A DNA stretch of 64,000 nt from a virus (taxonomy: Duplodnaviria > Caudoviricetes). Under the pieces are notes generated by a model. It was not told the origin of the DNA. It saw nothing but the letters and a program-made list of their open reading frames with translations, and searched no databases. The position numbers and the translations under genes are program-made. The stretch is from positions 64,001-128,000 of the IMG/VR virus record IMGVR_UViG_3300033463_000014; one strand, 5' to 3'. Position 1 is the stretch's first letter; each line of letters starts with the position of its first letter. Of this stretch, positions 1 through 9,054 are shown piece after piece.

Positions 1-1240
1 AGTTCACCGAGTCTTCCGCCTTTTTCTCCATTACAAAGTCCATGAACATGGCCTGCTTGATGGACGCGGCTGCGAGTGCGGCCTCAGGCCGGATCCTCAT
101 GTCCTTACCGTCAACTGTCCTGTATAGGACGAACCGGTCGTCCGGTATCGAGCTGGACCTGTCCTTCGCCTCCTCCTTCTCCCTCTTGCGCATCTCCATG
201 ATCTTGTTCGTGACCATCCACATGGCGACGGCCGGGATAATGAACGACGATCCTATCACGGCTCCGGTAAGCGAGTTGATGTTCTCTCTGGGACCGTATC
301 CCTCCTCCTGGGCCGTTTTCTCGCCTCCGCCCTGCAGGATGTTGACGTAGCGATTCCTTGCCCGCTCGGCGTTCTTCATTGAATTCTGCGCCCTCATCTT
401 GTTTACCCTGTCGACAATCATGGCGGACAGGTAGATGGCGCCGACCCCTCCAGCCGATATGGCAGTAGGGACGAAGGCCCCGGACTGGATGAACGCCTTC
501 ATCGTCTTGCCAGGATGGGCTATGGCCTTCCACGTCGAGTCAGCCCAATCAAGGTTCCAGCCGTCGTCCTTGGCCGTTTTCTCGTTTGATCCGGAATCTT
601 GCCCGTTTCCTCCATCCCCGTTATCGCGCTTCTCTCGCTCCTCCTCGGCCTTCATAACGCCGATCGGGGATGTCGGGGACACGAACCTTCCGGCGTCGTC
701 CCTGGGGAGATCCGTCTTTTTGTCACCGCCTTTCTCCGGAACGTCATCCTTGCCGCCCTCAGGCTTCGCCTTATCGGGCTCTGGAGAGCCTGACCCGTCC
801 ACGGCAGCCTTCGTGCCGAAAAAGTCGAACCGCCTCTCGCTCTTTCTCGATATCTCCCTCTTGAGACTGTCGATATCCTTTTTATCCATCCCCGAGATGT
901 CCGTCTTCGCCACAGCGTCCGTTTCCCCTCCGAACATCCTCCTGTGCTCCTCCGGCGTCGGCAGGCCCTTTGTGAAGTTGGACTTATCGATGTCGACTAT
1001 GATCGCACTCTTGGACTTGTGAGGGTCAATGGCCTTCCGGCGCTTATCGTCCGACTTGACCCCGCTCGCGTACGTCCCGATCCCGGCCGACAGGACGCCG
1101 GCACCGAGAGCCCACCTCAGGTATTTCGCGAGTTCCTTACGCTGCCTTTCATCAAGTTGCAACTTAGCGCTCTTAATCATCTCCATCTCCTTCATCGCAT
1201 TCATCGCCTTCATCGAATTCGCAGCCTTCGTCTGTCTCAT
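1..1240 (-). CDS. Putative virion/internal head protein with KxA motifs; runs off the left edge of the window
   Basis: Not in the ORF track because it is open at the edge. My translation from ATG 1240 begins MRQTKAANSMK..., with IKSA, EKTA (twice), IKQA and EKKA motifs and three hydrophobic Gly/Ala segments. Confidence 0.65.
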   Translation of the reverse strand, partial: MRQTKAANSMKAMNAMKEMEMIKSAKLQLDERQRKELAKYLRWALGAGVLSAGIGTYASGVKSDDKRRKAIDPHKSKSAIIVDIDKSNFTKGLPTPEEHRRMFGGETDAVAKTDISGMDKKDIDSLKREISRKSERRFDFFGTKAAVDGSGSPEPDKAKPEGGKDDVPEKGGDKKTDLPRDDAGRFVSPTSPIGVMKAEEEREKRDNGDGGNGQDSGSNEKTAKDDGWNLDWADSTWKAIAHPGKTMKAFIQSGAFVPTAISAGGVGAIYLSAMIVDRVNKMRAQNSMKNAERARNRYVNILQGGGEKTAQEEGYGPRENINSLTGAVIGSSFIIPAVAMWMVTNKIMEMRKREKEEAKDRSSSIPDDRFVLYRTVDGKDMRIRPEAALAAASIKQAMFMDFVMEKKAEDSVN

Positions 1241-1616
1241 CACCTTTTGACGGACTATCTCCTTCCCCGGCGAACTCCACATACTCGACATACTTCATCC
1301 AGTATGACGTCCCGTCTGGACGCCTAACAAGGTCCTTGCTCGTCTCGACAACGGCCTCAAGCCTTCCCACCTTCACGAGCAGACGCTTCCAAAGACTCTC
1401 GTACGCCTTCCTCTGATCAATGTCGGAAAGGTCGAATATCTCGACCTTCACCTTCTTGACCCTGAACTCGCTCCCGAATCCAGGAACCGGCGTCCCCCCA
1501 TCACCGCCTTCCGAAGCCCTGAATAGGGAATCAGGATTTATCGGGGCTCCAGTACAAAATGTCGGCACCCCCCTGCGGGCTGGACTTGACGAAACGAACG
1601 AGAATCCAGACATCAC
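1173..1616 (-). CDS. Hypothetical protein
   Basis: 147-aa ORF, ATGA-coupled to the upstream gene, acidic tail. Confidence 0.65.
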   Translation of the reverse strand: MMSGFSFVSSSPARRGVPTFCTGAPINPDSLFRASEGGDGGTPVPGFGSEFRVKKVKVEIFDLSDIDQRKAYESLWKRLLVKVGRLEAVVETSKDLVRRPDGTSYWMKYVEYVEFAGEGDSPSKGDETDEGCEFDEGDECDEGDGDD

Positions 1617-2092
1617 GCGAGCCTCTCGTCAAGCGCGTCCATGAGCTCTCCGTACCGCTTCTCGTACTCATCGGACGGCATTTTCTTGTAGTTCCTGGCG
1701 AGGTCGTCCCTCATCCCACGGACGCGGTCCATCCACTTCGCGTCCTCGAGCTCCCTCGCCCTTCCAGCGTACATGGCCTCCACCTTCCTGTTGAACTCGG
1801 TCTCAGGGGACTCCCTTTGCATCCTGTCCTTGATGAGGTTCCACGCTACCGATCCGACCGTGCCTGCCCCAGCGCCGTAGACCGAGAGAGCCTTCAGGAG
1901 ATTCACCGTCTCCTTCGTGAGCCCCCAGGCGGCCGGAACTGGGGAAACGAGCACGCCTCCTGCGTTCTTCAGGACTTTGAGGAACTCGCTGAACGATTTC
2001 AGGTCCACTTTCGCCGTCTTCTCCATCAAGGCGTCCCGAACGCCAGCCCTGAAAAGCAGGCCACGCTCGCTTTCGCTGATATACCCTGTCAT
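1613..2092 (-). CDS. Putative virion protein (MEKTA motif)
   Basis: Start moved to ATG 2092, which follows a GGAGG RBS; 159 aa with hydrophobic Gly/Ala helices. Confidence 0.65.
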   Translation of the reverse strand: MTGYISESERGLLFRAGVRDALMEKTAKVDLKSFSEFLKVLKNAGGVLVSPVPAAWGLTKETVNLLKALSVYGAGAGTVGSVAWNLIKDRMQRESPETEFNRKVEAMYAGRARELEDAKWMDRVRGMRDDLARNYKKMPSDEYEKRYGELMDALDERLA

Positions 2093-2106
2093 CAAAACCT
2101 CCGGAT

Positions 2107-2451
2107 CTAGTATTTCCTGATGGCCGAGACGGCGCCTATGCCGGTCCCTAGCCCCTTGAGAAAGCCGTTGTTCGTGAATGCTCCCGTTATGACCCTTCCG
2201 AGGATGCCTCCTCCGATCATTCTGAGCGCGTTTTCCGCCGGCGACGTGCTCCTGAGTCCGGAGTCGATAATGCGCCCGAACGCGTCCCTGCGCTCCTCTG
2301 GAGTCCCGATTCCCCTCGCCTGGGCGACGCCTATTGCGTTGAGGACGTCTGCGACCGACGGCTCGGGGTTTTCCCGTCCTACGGTGGGGGACCAAGCCTG
2401 GCCGTAGAACGCCAGCTTCTGAAGGGTTGATGCGTGTCTGTCAGTGATCAT
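2107..2451 (-). CDS. Putative virion protein with glycine-zipper C-terminus
   Basis: ATG 2451 lies just downstream of TGGTATAAT; contains QKLA and GGGILG...GLGTGIG. Confidence 0.65.
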   Translation of the reverse strand: MITDRHASTLQKLAFYGQAWSPTVGRENPEPSVADVLNAIGVAQARGIGTPEERRDAFGRIIDSGLRSTSPAENALRMIGGGILGRVITGAFTNNGFLKGLGTGIGAVSAIRKY

Positions 2452-2460
2452 AACTGACTG

Positions 2461-2469
2461 ATTATACCA
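2461..2469 (-). promoter_or_regulatory. Extended -10 promoter (TGGTATAAT), probably a near-leaderless transcript
   Basis: TGnTATAAT consensus 9 nt upstream of ATG 2451, with no RBS; the identical 9-mer occurs at 17425 and 58516. Confidence 0.6.
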
Positions 2470-2484
2470 CAAACGGGATGAAAG

Positions 2485-2603
2485 TGGCGGACGGGGCGGG
2501 GGTCGAACCCGCATGCCTGGATGTCGGATGGTCCTGCGCCGTTCCGCGGCGTGTCCGATTCCGGTCGAAAGGAACAAAGCCCGGCATCGGACGGCTCCCG
2601 TCC
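2485..2603 (-). ncRNA. Atypical tRNA-like RNA (acceptor stem, T arm and encoded CCA, with a non-canonical 84-nt core)
   Basis: GGACGGG/CCCGTCC 7-bp acceptor stem, discriminator G, CCA end; T arm GCGGG-TTCGACC-CCCGC; intergenic once the downstream ORF start is moved to 2451. Confidence 0.75.
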
Positions 2604-2614
2604 TCACGGATAAT

Positions 2615-3361
2615 TTACCCAATCTGAACGGTCAGCGCATCCGGGGCCCACAGGCTCCTGTTCCTCTCGAGCCATGAGTCCGCCATATTTTTTTTCCTTC
2701 TGGAGAACGACGCGCTTCCCAGATGCTCGATATACGGGTCGAGCGACTTTATGCGATGGCCCTTTAGCCCGCGCTCCTCGCAGTCCCTGTAGAACCACGC
2801 CCCTGTGTCGTAGTGCTTGTTCGGGAGATTATTTGAAAGCATCTCCATGAACTCGCCGTTGTAGTACCTTACTCCGGAGTCCCGGACTAACGGAACGTTT
2901 ATGAATGACAGGAACGGCAGAACCCTGTACGGGCAAAGTCCCATCTCATCGTTAAATGCGGAGAAGACCTGGCCCGACCATACGGCATCGTCAACGACAA
3001 AATCACGGATATCCCCCTTCATCAGCACATCGCTGTCAACCAGCATGAACGGCTCGTCGGTGTTGTCGATAAACCATTGGACAGACCTGCAATGCTTGGC
3101 CGACCCGTAGTTCGAGATGCGTGCATCCCTTGCGACCTTGTCCGGAAAACCCCGGAGCATCTCATCGAAGTCTATGACCTTACCGGACGTATTGTCGACA
3201 ACATCTATCCCGACACTTACGGTTTCCGGAGCTACGAAAGGGTCTCTGTCGCTGCTGTCGAATATGACGACACGGTCTATGCCCTTAGCGTTTTTATCGA
3301 TCGACCTTACGGCGGCCGATGTCACGTTGGGGGTATTATAGTGCGCGATGAAAGCTGTCAT
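2615..3361 (-). CDS. GT-A fold (GT2-like) glycosyltransferase
   Basis: IAHYNTP N-terminal strand, VIFDSS, LVDSD (DxD) motif, late HLGSAS; start at the ATGA overlap. Confidence 0.75.
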   Translation of the reverse strand: MTAFIAHYNTPNVTSAAVRSIDKNAKGIDRVVIFDSSDRDPFVAPETVSVGIDVVDNTSGKVIDFDEMLRGFPDKVARDARISNYGSAKHCRSVQWFIDNTDEPFMLVDSDVLMKGDIRDFVVDDAVWSGQVFSAFNDEMGLCPYRVLPFLSFINVPLVRDSGVRYYNGEFMEMLSNNLPNKHYDTGAWFYRDCEERGLKGHRIKSLDPYIEHLGSASFSRRKKNMADSWLERNRSLWAPDALTVQIG

Positions 3362-4134
3362 TCCCACAGTCTCCTGTTCATCTCGATCCATGCGTGGAAA
3401 CTCATCCTCTTCCTATATGACGCGGATCCATAATGAACGATGTATTGGTCTAGAGACTCCAGCCTTTTGCCGTCCAGACCGCGCTCCTCGCAGTCCCTGT
3501 AGAACCACGCCCCAGTGTCGCAATTACTTCCATACTCATCTTCTGAGAATCTCCACATGAAATCCTCATTGAAATAACGCGCTCCCGCATTCTTTACCAT
3601 CGGAACGTTTATGTAACACGCGAACGGCAATATCCTTGTCGGCTTTAAACCATAATCCTCTGAGTATTCCGAAGAACATTCACCAACCCATGCGTGGGAT
3701 TCCGAAACCATTACGGACATGTCACTCTTGCAGAGAACATCGCTGTCAAGGAGTACAAACGGGTCGTCCGAGTTGTCTATGAGCCATTGAACTGACCTGC
3801 AGTGCCTGGCTGACCCGTAGTTAGCCGTCCCCCTCTCAGGGCGTTTCCCCTTTCTCTCGCTCACCATCCTGTCCAGATCAACAAGGTTTCCACCGGTGTT
3901 GTCCAAAACGCGGACGAGGTTTCCTAACCCTTCAGGTATGACGAATGGAAGATGGTCGCTGTTGTCGAAAACCGTTATCCTTGAGACGGAAGGCGTGCTT
4001 TTGACAACCGATTTTACGCAAGCGGACGTGAGGTCTGGGGTGTTGAAATGTACGATGCAGACGCCGATCATGCCATTTCCGTGATCGCAGGAGCCTCTCA
4101 TTCCCGTGTAGCGCAAATATCCTCCTGACATCAC
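3358..4134 (-). CDS. GT-A fold (GT2-like) glycosyltransferase, paralog of the neighbour
   Basis: IVHFNTP, VFDNS, LLDSD and HYGSAS motifs; collinear with 2615..3361. Confidence 0.75.
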   Translation of the reverse strand: MMSGGYLRYTGMRGSCDHGNGMIGVCIVHFNTPDLTSACVKSVVKSTPSVSRITVFDNSDHLPFVIPEGLGNLVRVLDNTGGNLVDLDRMVSERKGKRPERGTANYGSARHCRSVQWLIDNSDDPFVLLDSDVLCKSDMSVMVSESHAWVGECSSEYSEDYGLKPTRILPFACYINVPMVKNAGARYFNEDFMWRFSEDEYGSNCDTGAWFYRDCEERGLDGKRLESLDQYIVHYGSASYRKRMSFHAWIEMNRRLWE

Positions 4135-5312
4135 ATGAACCCAGGATATCCAGGGAAATCATTAAGGTTCTGGGGGTCGGCTATCCACGTCGGGTACTGA
4201 AGCCTGTCCTTGACTTGGATGAAGAAGCTCCTCTCCGTCGCGTAGCATTTTCCGGTAAGCGTGTTGTAGAAGTCCGCGTGGATGAGCGGCCTGTGGCTGA
4301 TGAAATTCTCTATCCACTGGTCGTATCCGCTTCTGAACACAGTCGCGGCGTGCGTTCCCCACAGGTCGCCCTTTATCCGGCCGAACCTGCCGTCAGTGTC
4401 GAACAGACCGTGTTTCCCGGCGAGGTCGTGCCTCCTGACGAAATGGAGATTTCCGAACGTGATCTCTGTCGCGTCGTCCGGTATTCCGCCATCCAGGAAC
4501 CTGCCCAGCTCGTCGCGGCAATTTGTGGCAGGGTAGGCGTCCGACTCGAATATGGTGATCTGGGGGAAATTCAGCGATTTCGCCGCCTTGATGAGCTCCA
4601 GATGGCTCAGGGCGCACGCGTCCATTCCGTTCGGGACGGAGCATGCCGGGAACCTACCGTCATACATGGGAGGTATTTTGCCGAATCCTGCGCTCTCCAT
4701 CCTTTCGGCGAACCTTCCGTACTCTTCCCCGCTCACGGCGAGGGCGAACGAGTGCTCCATCATCTCATCCACGGAGAAGCTCCTGAAAGTACGGACCCTC
4801 TTTACCCACGATCCGTCTTTGAAAGTCTCCGAAGGCCCTCCGATGTCGTAAACAGCCTTGCTAACGCCTTCGAACGGGAAGTCGTGCCCGGCCACGAATT
4901 TCGGGCCCATAGACATGGACACGGCGATGTCTGATTTCACGTGCTCGTAGAGGTGGCAGGCGTCGATATACACGAGGTCGGGACGGACGTTCGGATATTC
5001 GTCATGGAAATCCTCCAGAACTCCCTTGAACTTCCTGATTTTGTCAGGATGTTTTGCCGCCACCTCGTCGAACGCTAGCTCGACCTCGCTCATGTCGGAG
5101 TGGGACGCCTTGTCGCTGTCGTCGTACCCAGGCTTCCACGGGTCAACGCACCAGATCTCGCGGACCTGCGGCATGTTTGCGAAGACCTCGGCGCTCTGTC
5201 CGGCGTAGCTTCCGACCTCAACCATGGAGATGCCGCTCAGGCCCGTATACTCGATGAGCTGGCGGAGGCCCTCGCGCCCTCCACTGTACCCACGCATGTC
5301 CATGACGCTCAT
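4131..5312 (-). CDS. Class I SAM methyltransferase (Methyltransf_24-like) fused to a GT25-like glycosyltransferase domain
   Basis: N-terminal half has VEVGSYAGQS, CVDPW, LVYIDACH and GHD. C-terminal half has ACALSH, IFESDA and WGTHA. Confidence 0.7.
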   Translation of the reverse strand: MSVMDMRGYSGGREGLRQLIEYTGLSGISMVEVGSYAGQSAEVFANMPQVREIWCVDPWKPGYDDSDKASHSDMSEVELAFDEVAAKHPDKIRKFKGVLEDFHDEYPNVRPDLVYIDACHLYEHVKSDIAVSMSMGPKFVAGHDFPFEGVSKAVYDIGGPSETFKDGSWVKRVRTFRSFSVDEMMEHSFALAVSGEEYGRFAERMESAGFGKIPPMYDGRFPACSVPNGMDACALSHLELIKAAKSLNFPQITIFESDAYPATNCRDELGRFLDGGIPDDATEITFGNLHFVRRHDLAGKHGLFDTDGRFGRIKGDLWGTHAATVFRSGYDQWIENFISHRPLIHADFYNTLTGKCYATERSFFIQVKDRLQYPTWIADPQNLNDFPGYPGFM

Positions 5313-5459
5313 GAGAGGAGAACCTTTCTTATCGCCGCAAGGCTTGGACTCATAGGTGGAGAAGGAGGTTGCCAAAACAGGGGCGTGGAACCTTGCACGG
5401 GGGACATCGGATGCAAATAATCGTTCATCATTCTTTTCGCCTGCCCAAAGCCAATGGTG

Positions 5460-5951
5460 TTATTTTTTCCACCATTTTCCCGCATCATAATCATTAGGCA
5501 ATCCAACGGGTTTCGCCGCGACAGGAAGACGTTCCGGCTTAAGATATTCTATGCCGCGCCTAGTATTTACGTAATTCACTACTCTATTCTGCGTATTGTC
5601 TCTATCTCCAAACCGCACCGATCCACCATGCTGGGTACTGAAACTATTCCCCGGCGCCTGCATTACATCTTTTTGAATAGTCCTGTAATTCCTATTTTGG
5701 ATCGGTGTATTGCTGACATAAACAGGAACGCCGTTCTTTGTATGGAACCCTGCTCTTCCGCCATTAAACATCGTCCCGCCATGTTGGGTTGCAAGAGATC
5801 TCGCTTTCTGCATCAATTTAGGCGTCTGCGGCTGCGCCGTGGGCCTCGTTTGAGTCTGCGGCTGTGCCGCCTGCGCCGTTGTCCGCGTCTTAGCGGGTTT
5901 ACCGGCCTGGGCGATCTTGACGAGAAGGTTGATGTGGTCGAATGCGTTCAT
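5460..5951 (-). CDS. Hypothetical basic protein (VKIA motif near the N-terminus), lower GC
   Basis: 163-aa ORF with an AAGGAG RBS; Gln/Thr/Pro-rich N-terminus. Confidence 0.6.
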   Translation of the reverse strand: MNAFDHINLLVKIAQAGKPAKTRTTAQAAQPQTQTRPTAQPQTPKLMQKARSLATQHGGTMFNGGRAGFHTKNGVPVYVSNTPIQNRNYRTIQKDVMQAPGNSFSTQHGGSVRFGDRDNTQNRVVNYVNTRRGIEYLKPERLPVAAKPVGLPNDYDAGKWWKK

Positions 5952-6021
5952 TCCATAACTCCTTTCCTATATTAGACCAAAAACAGGGAAAACCAGAAAC
6001 TTCTCATAAGCCAATACGCAA

Positions 6022-7770
6022 CTACGCCTCGTTCGGGTCGAGGCGGTCGTCGACTGGGGCGTCCCCGCTCACAATACCTCCGCCGAACGCCTCGGGCGGT
6101 ATCATGTCGTCGACGGCCATTCCGAGCAGCTTCATCGCGGCCATGCTGGCGAAGCACAGGGCGTGGCAGAAGTCGTCTGGCTGTGACTGGTTCCTGAGGT
6201 AGAGCCTGTGCGTTATCCCGCCGACCTCCGTTGTCGCCTCGTAGTCCGACAGGAGGTCCTCGAGGTAGATCCAGAACCCCTCCTCCTTCGGGAAGAAGGT
6301 CCTCCGGTTCCTAATGGCTAAAAAAAGGACGTCTAGCGCCATGACCTTGTCTATGGTCCAGCACTGGACGGTGTTCGTCCTTCCCGTTGACTGGTTCCTT
6401 CCGAACAGCTTGAGCTGCCGGGTGTACTGCATCTGGATGATGGGGAGCCCGAACCTCTTGGCCAGGATCTGGTTCTTGTCCAGACCCATTCCTGCGTCAG
6501 CCGCACACGCTATGACATTGTAGAACCGGCACACCTTGGCTATGTCCGTCATCTGCTCGTCGGGGTCGAAGCCCCTGTAGCGCCTCGCCCATAGCACGTC
6601 TATGCGGCCGCTCGGACGTATCCCGATGACCGTGATGACGGTGAAGGACGAGAGCTCCGCTCCGCCCCAGTCGATTCCGGCAACGGTGAAGGAGTACCGG
6701 TTCGGGTTCGCCTTCAGCTCCTCCTGAAGCGTCTTGGTCGAGGGGAGGAGGCACTGGCGCTGGATGTCGGCCCGCGTCAGTAGCCTCTGTCCGACAGAGT
6801 AGGAGATTCCGAGGTTCTCCTGGATGAAGGTCGCAAGGATTCCGGACGTCAGCTTGGTGAGCAGGCGGTTCCACTTTGCCGGGTCCTCCACGATCGCCGG
6901 CACGACGACCTGGGGTATGTGGTAGCCCCTGAAGGAGTTCATCCTGCCCGGGAATGCGGCGATCCACTTGCCATCCCTGACGTTGAGCTTTCTCCCGCAG
7001 TGTACGCAGTGCATGCCGTCCGCCTGGATCATGTTGAGGACCTTGCCGTCCATGTTGGGTATGTTGTGGTACCCGCATGACTTGCACCGCATGACCCACT
7101 CGCACTGGGCGCTCTTCTGCCATAGCGACTCGATGAGGTTCTCGACCACCATGGCCGTGCCTGTGTAGCGGGAGCACCCGTACTTTGCGGACGTTAGCGT
7201 CTCCTTGACGATCGGGATGGTCTCCGAGGACTGGGACTGTATCTCGTCGAAGTCGCAGAACTCCTCCTCGAGGCCGCGGACGCGGTCGGCCGACGACTTG
7301 GCGTAGGTGAGGACTACACCTGATCCGTTCGCGAAGCTCTTGTGACCCGTGGCCTTGTTGATCTTCGAGTCGGACATCGTGTCGGCTAGAGCCTGAGACT
7401 GGAGGGCCCCGGCGAGCGGGCATGACTTGATGGCCTCGCTCAGGATGAGGTCGCTGTACCGCCTTGACTGCTCCTGCAGCGGGGCGACGTAGAGCATCTG
7501 CAGGTTCGGGATCGTGATCATGTTCATCACCTCGCTCCTGGCGAGGTTCTGCGTCTTCCCGATCTGCCTGCCCGTCATGAAGATCATGTCCGGGACGAGC
7601 TCCCTGCCGTACATGACCCTGAACTGCGGGTAGTCCCTGAGGCTGTAGGGCTCACCCCTGATCCTGAACAGGGCGGGGAGCAGGTCTGCGCGGTCCATTG
7701 AGCGCATCCTCTCCCTGAAGGAATCGCTCCTGGCGATCCTGACAAGCTCCTCCGCCCCTATCTCTGCCAT
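6022..7770 (-). CDS. terL: Terminase large subunit (GpA-like, with a zinc-ribbon insert)
   Basis: Walker A TGRQIGKT, Walker B CDFDEIQ, coupling motif GTA, CKSC/CVHC, nuclease AGIDWG and C-terminal DDFCHA. Confidence 0.9.
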   Translation of the reverse strand: MAEIGAEELVRIARSDSFRERMRSMDRADLLPALFRIRGEPYSLRDYPQFRVMYGRELVPDMIFMTGRQIGKTQNLARSEVMNMITIPNLQMLYVAPLQEQSRRYSDLILSEAIKSCPLAGALQSQALADTMSDSKINKATGHKSFANGSGVVLTYAKSSADRVRGLEEEFCDFDEIQSQSSETIPIVKETLTSAKYGCSRYTGTAMVVENLIESLWQKSAQCEWVMRCKSCGYHNIPNMDGKVLNMIQADGMHCVHCGRKLNVRDGKWIAAFPGRMNSFRGYHIPQVVVPAIVEDPAKWNRLLTKLTSGILATFIQENLGISYSVGQRLLTRADIQRQCLLPSTKTLQEELKANPNRYSFTVAGIDWGGAELSSFTVITVIGIRPSGRIDVLWARRYRGFDPDEQMTDIAKVCRFYNVIACAADAGMGLDKNQILAKRFGLPIIQMQYTRQLKLFGRNQSTGRTNTVQCWTIDKVMALDVLFLAIRNRRTFFPKEEGFWIYLEDLLSDYEATTEVGGITHRLYLRNQSQPDDFCHALCFASMAAMKLLGMAVDDMIPPEAFGGGIVSGDAPVDDRLDPNEA

Positions 7771-7796
7771 CCCCTACAGTTCCCCAGATCACGGAC

Positions 7797-8366
7797 CTAT
7801 CGTTTGATTCCCAGCGATACCCCGAAGAGGTGCCTGTTTTTGGTGTAGAAATCCCAGTCCATTGCGCCCATGTCGAGATCCATAGGCTTGACGTAGGACT
7901 CGAACATGGTGTCGATGACCCCGCACCCCCAGTCCCGGTCTATGACGTAGCAAAGGTATGGAGACTCGTACTTGTACTTCAGGAACGCCTTCCAGCAGTC
8001 CCCGTTCCACGCCAACGGCGAAGGCTCCCTCCTCTGCTGGTCCTCCCTGACAGGAAGGATGTCGTGCAGGACGACCACTCCCCCGCCGTTCAGGAACCTC
8101 ATGGAGTTCATGATGTCCCTGTAGACCTGGTCGCTGTGGTGGAGCCCGTCTATGAAGACGATGTCGAACGTCTGCGCGTTCGAACCGAAGAACTCGTCTG
8201 ACCCCATGACGTGCGTCTTTCCGACGCTTTTCGGATTCGGGTCCACGCCGACCTTCAGGCCGCACCTGATGTTCCCTATGACCTCCCCCCTGTCAACCCC
8301 GATCTCCAGGTAGCTCTGATATCCCCTGCTGTCTATGAAATCCTGTATGATGTCCCTTCTCGTCAC
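7797..8366 (-). CDS. Class I SAM-dependent methyltransferase (Methyltransf_24-like)
   Basis: YLEIGV, VGVDP, FDIVFIDGLH and VVLHD motifs. Confidence 0.85.
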   Translation of the reverse strand: MTRRDIIQDFIDSRGYQSYLEIGVDRGEVIGNIRCGLKVGVDPNPKSVGKTHVMGSDEFFGSNAQTFDIVFIDGLHHSDQVYRDIMNSMRFLNGGGVVVLHDILPVREDQQRREPSPLAWNGDCWKAFLKYKYESPYLCYVIDRDWGCGVIDTMFESYVKPMDLDMGAMDWDFYTKNRHLFGVSLGIKR

Positions 8367-8406
8367 GACACCCTCCTTTTTTTAGCCATCGCGCGACACG
8401 CCGCCC

Positions 8407-9054
8407 CTACCTCGGCTCCGAATAGTCGCTGTCGTAGACGACCTCGAGGTCCGGACTGTCGAAGAACGACTGGGCCAGATACTTCGGCCCGCTCCTGAGT
8501 ATCCCGTGCCACAGCGATCCCTTGAGCATGGGGATGTCCAGTCCTGGATAGCACTTCCTGACGAGCTCGTGGCAGTAGACAGGCTCGCCTCCCGAGGCGC
8601 CTTCCTCTACCGCGAAGTCGTAGTCGTACTCGTTCCCAACGTATTTGAGCGCGATACCGGCGGCTTTTCCGGTCAGCTCAGCCATGTCGCGCCCATCGGA
8701 CTGCTTCGGGCGGAGGATGGCGAACCCGTCGCACCTGAGGAAGTCGATGATGTCGGTCTTCTGGACGCCGTCGCTCATGGAGTGGACGATGAGGCCGTCC
8801 CCGATGCAGATCCCGGAGTGCGTGAACCTTCCCGGGATGAAGTACCCGTCGAGGTAGTTCCTGTACCTCCTGACGAAGATGTCCCCCGTCCTTGCCATGG
8901 ACAGCGCCTTCCTGATGCCTGCGGCCCTAACGTCATACCCCTTCGGCGAGTATATGACGAACATGGGCCACCTGTAGACCTTGATCTTCCCGAGGACATA
9001 CAGGAAACCTACCTTAATGCTCTTGACGACTCCGTGGCACAAACCCTTGAACAT
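8407..9054 (-). CDS. YiiX/YebB-like permuted papain-like NlpC/P60 enzyme
   Basis: GDIF, FTHSGI (His), YDYDF and YCHELV (Cys after His, the permuted order). Confidence 0.8.
   Translation of the reverse strand: MFKGLCHGVVKSIKVGFLYVLGKIKVYRWPMFVIYSPKGYDVRAAGIRKALSMARTGDIFVRRYRNYLDGYFIPGRFTHSGICIGDGLIVHSMSDGVQKTDIIDFLRCDGFAILRPKQSDGRDMAELTGKAAGIALKYVGNEYDYDFAVEEGASGGEPVYCHELVRKCYPGLDIPMLKGSLWHGILRSGPKYLAQSFFDSPDLEVVYDSDYSEPR

Noticed and set aside
2485-2603. tmRNA, tRNA-Sec or intron-containing tRNA
   Set aside because: No tag ORF, G3-U70 or A73; no UCA anticodon or 8/5 fold; the extra sequence is far too short for a self-splicing intron.
6315-6330. Homopolymer run in terL as a programmed frameshift site
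   Set aside because: The reading frame is continuous through to the C-terminal nuclease motif.
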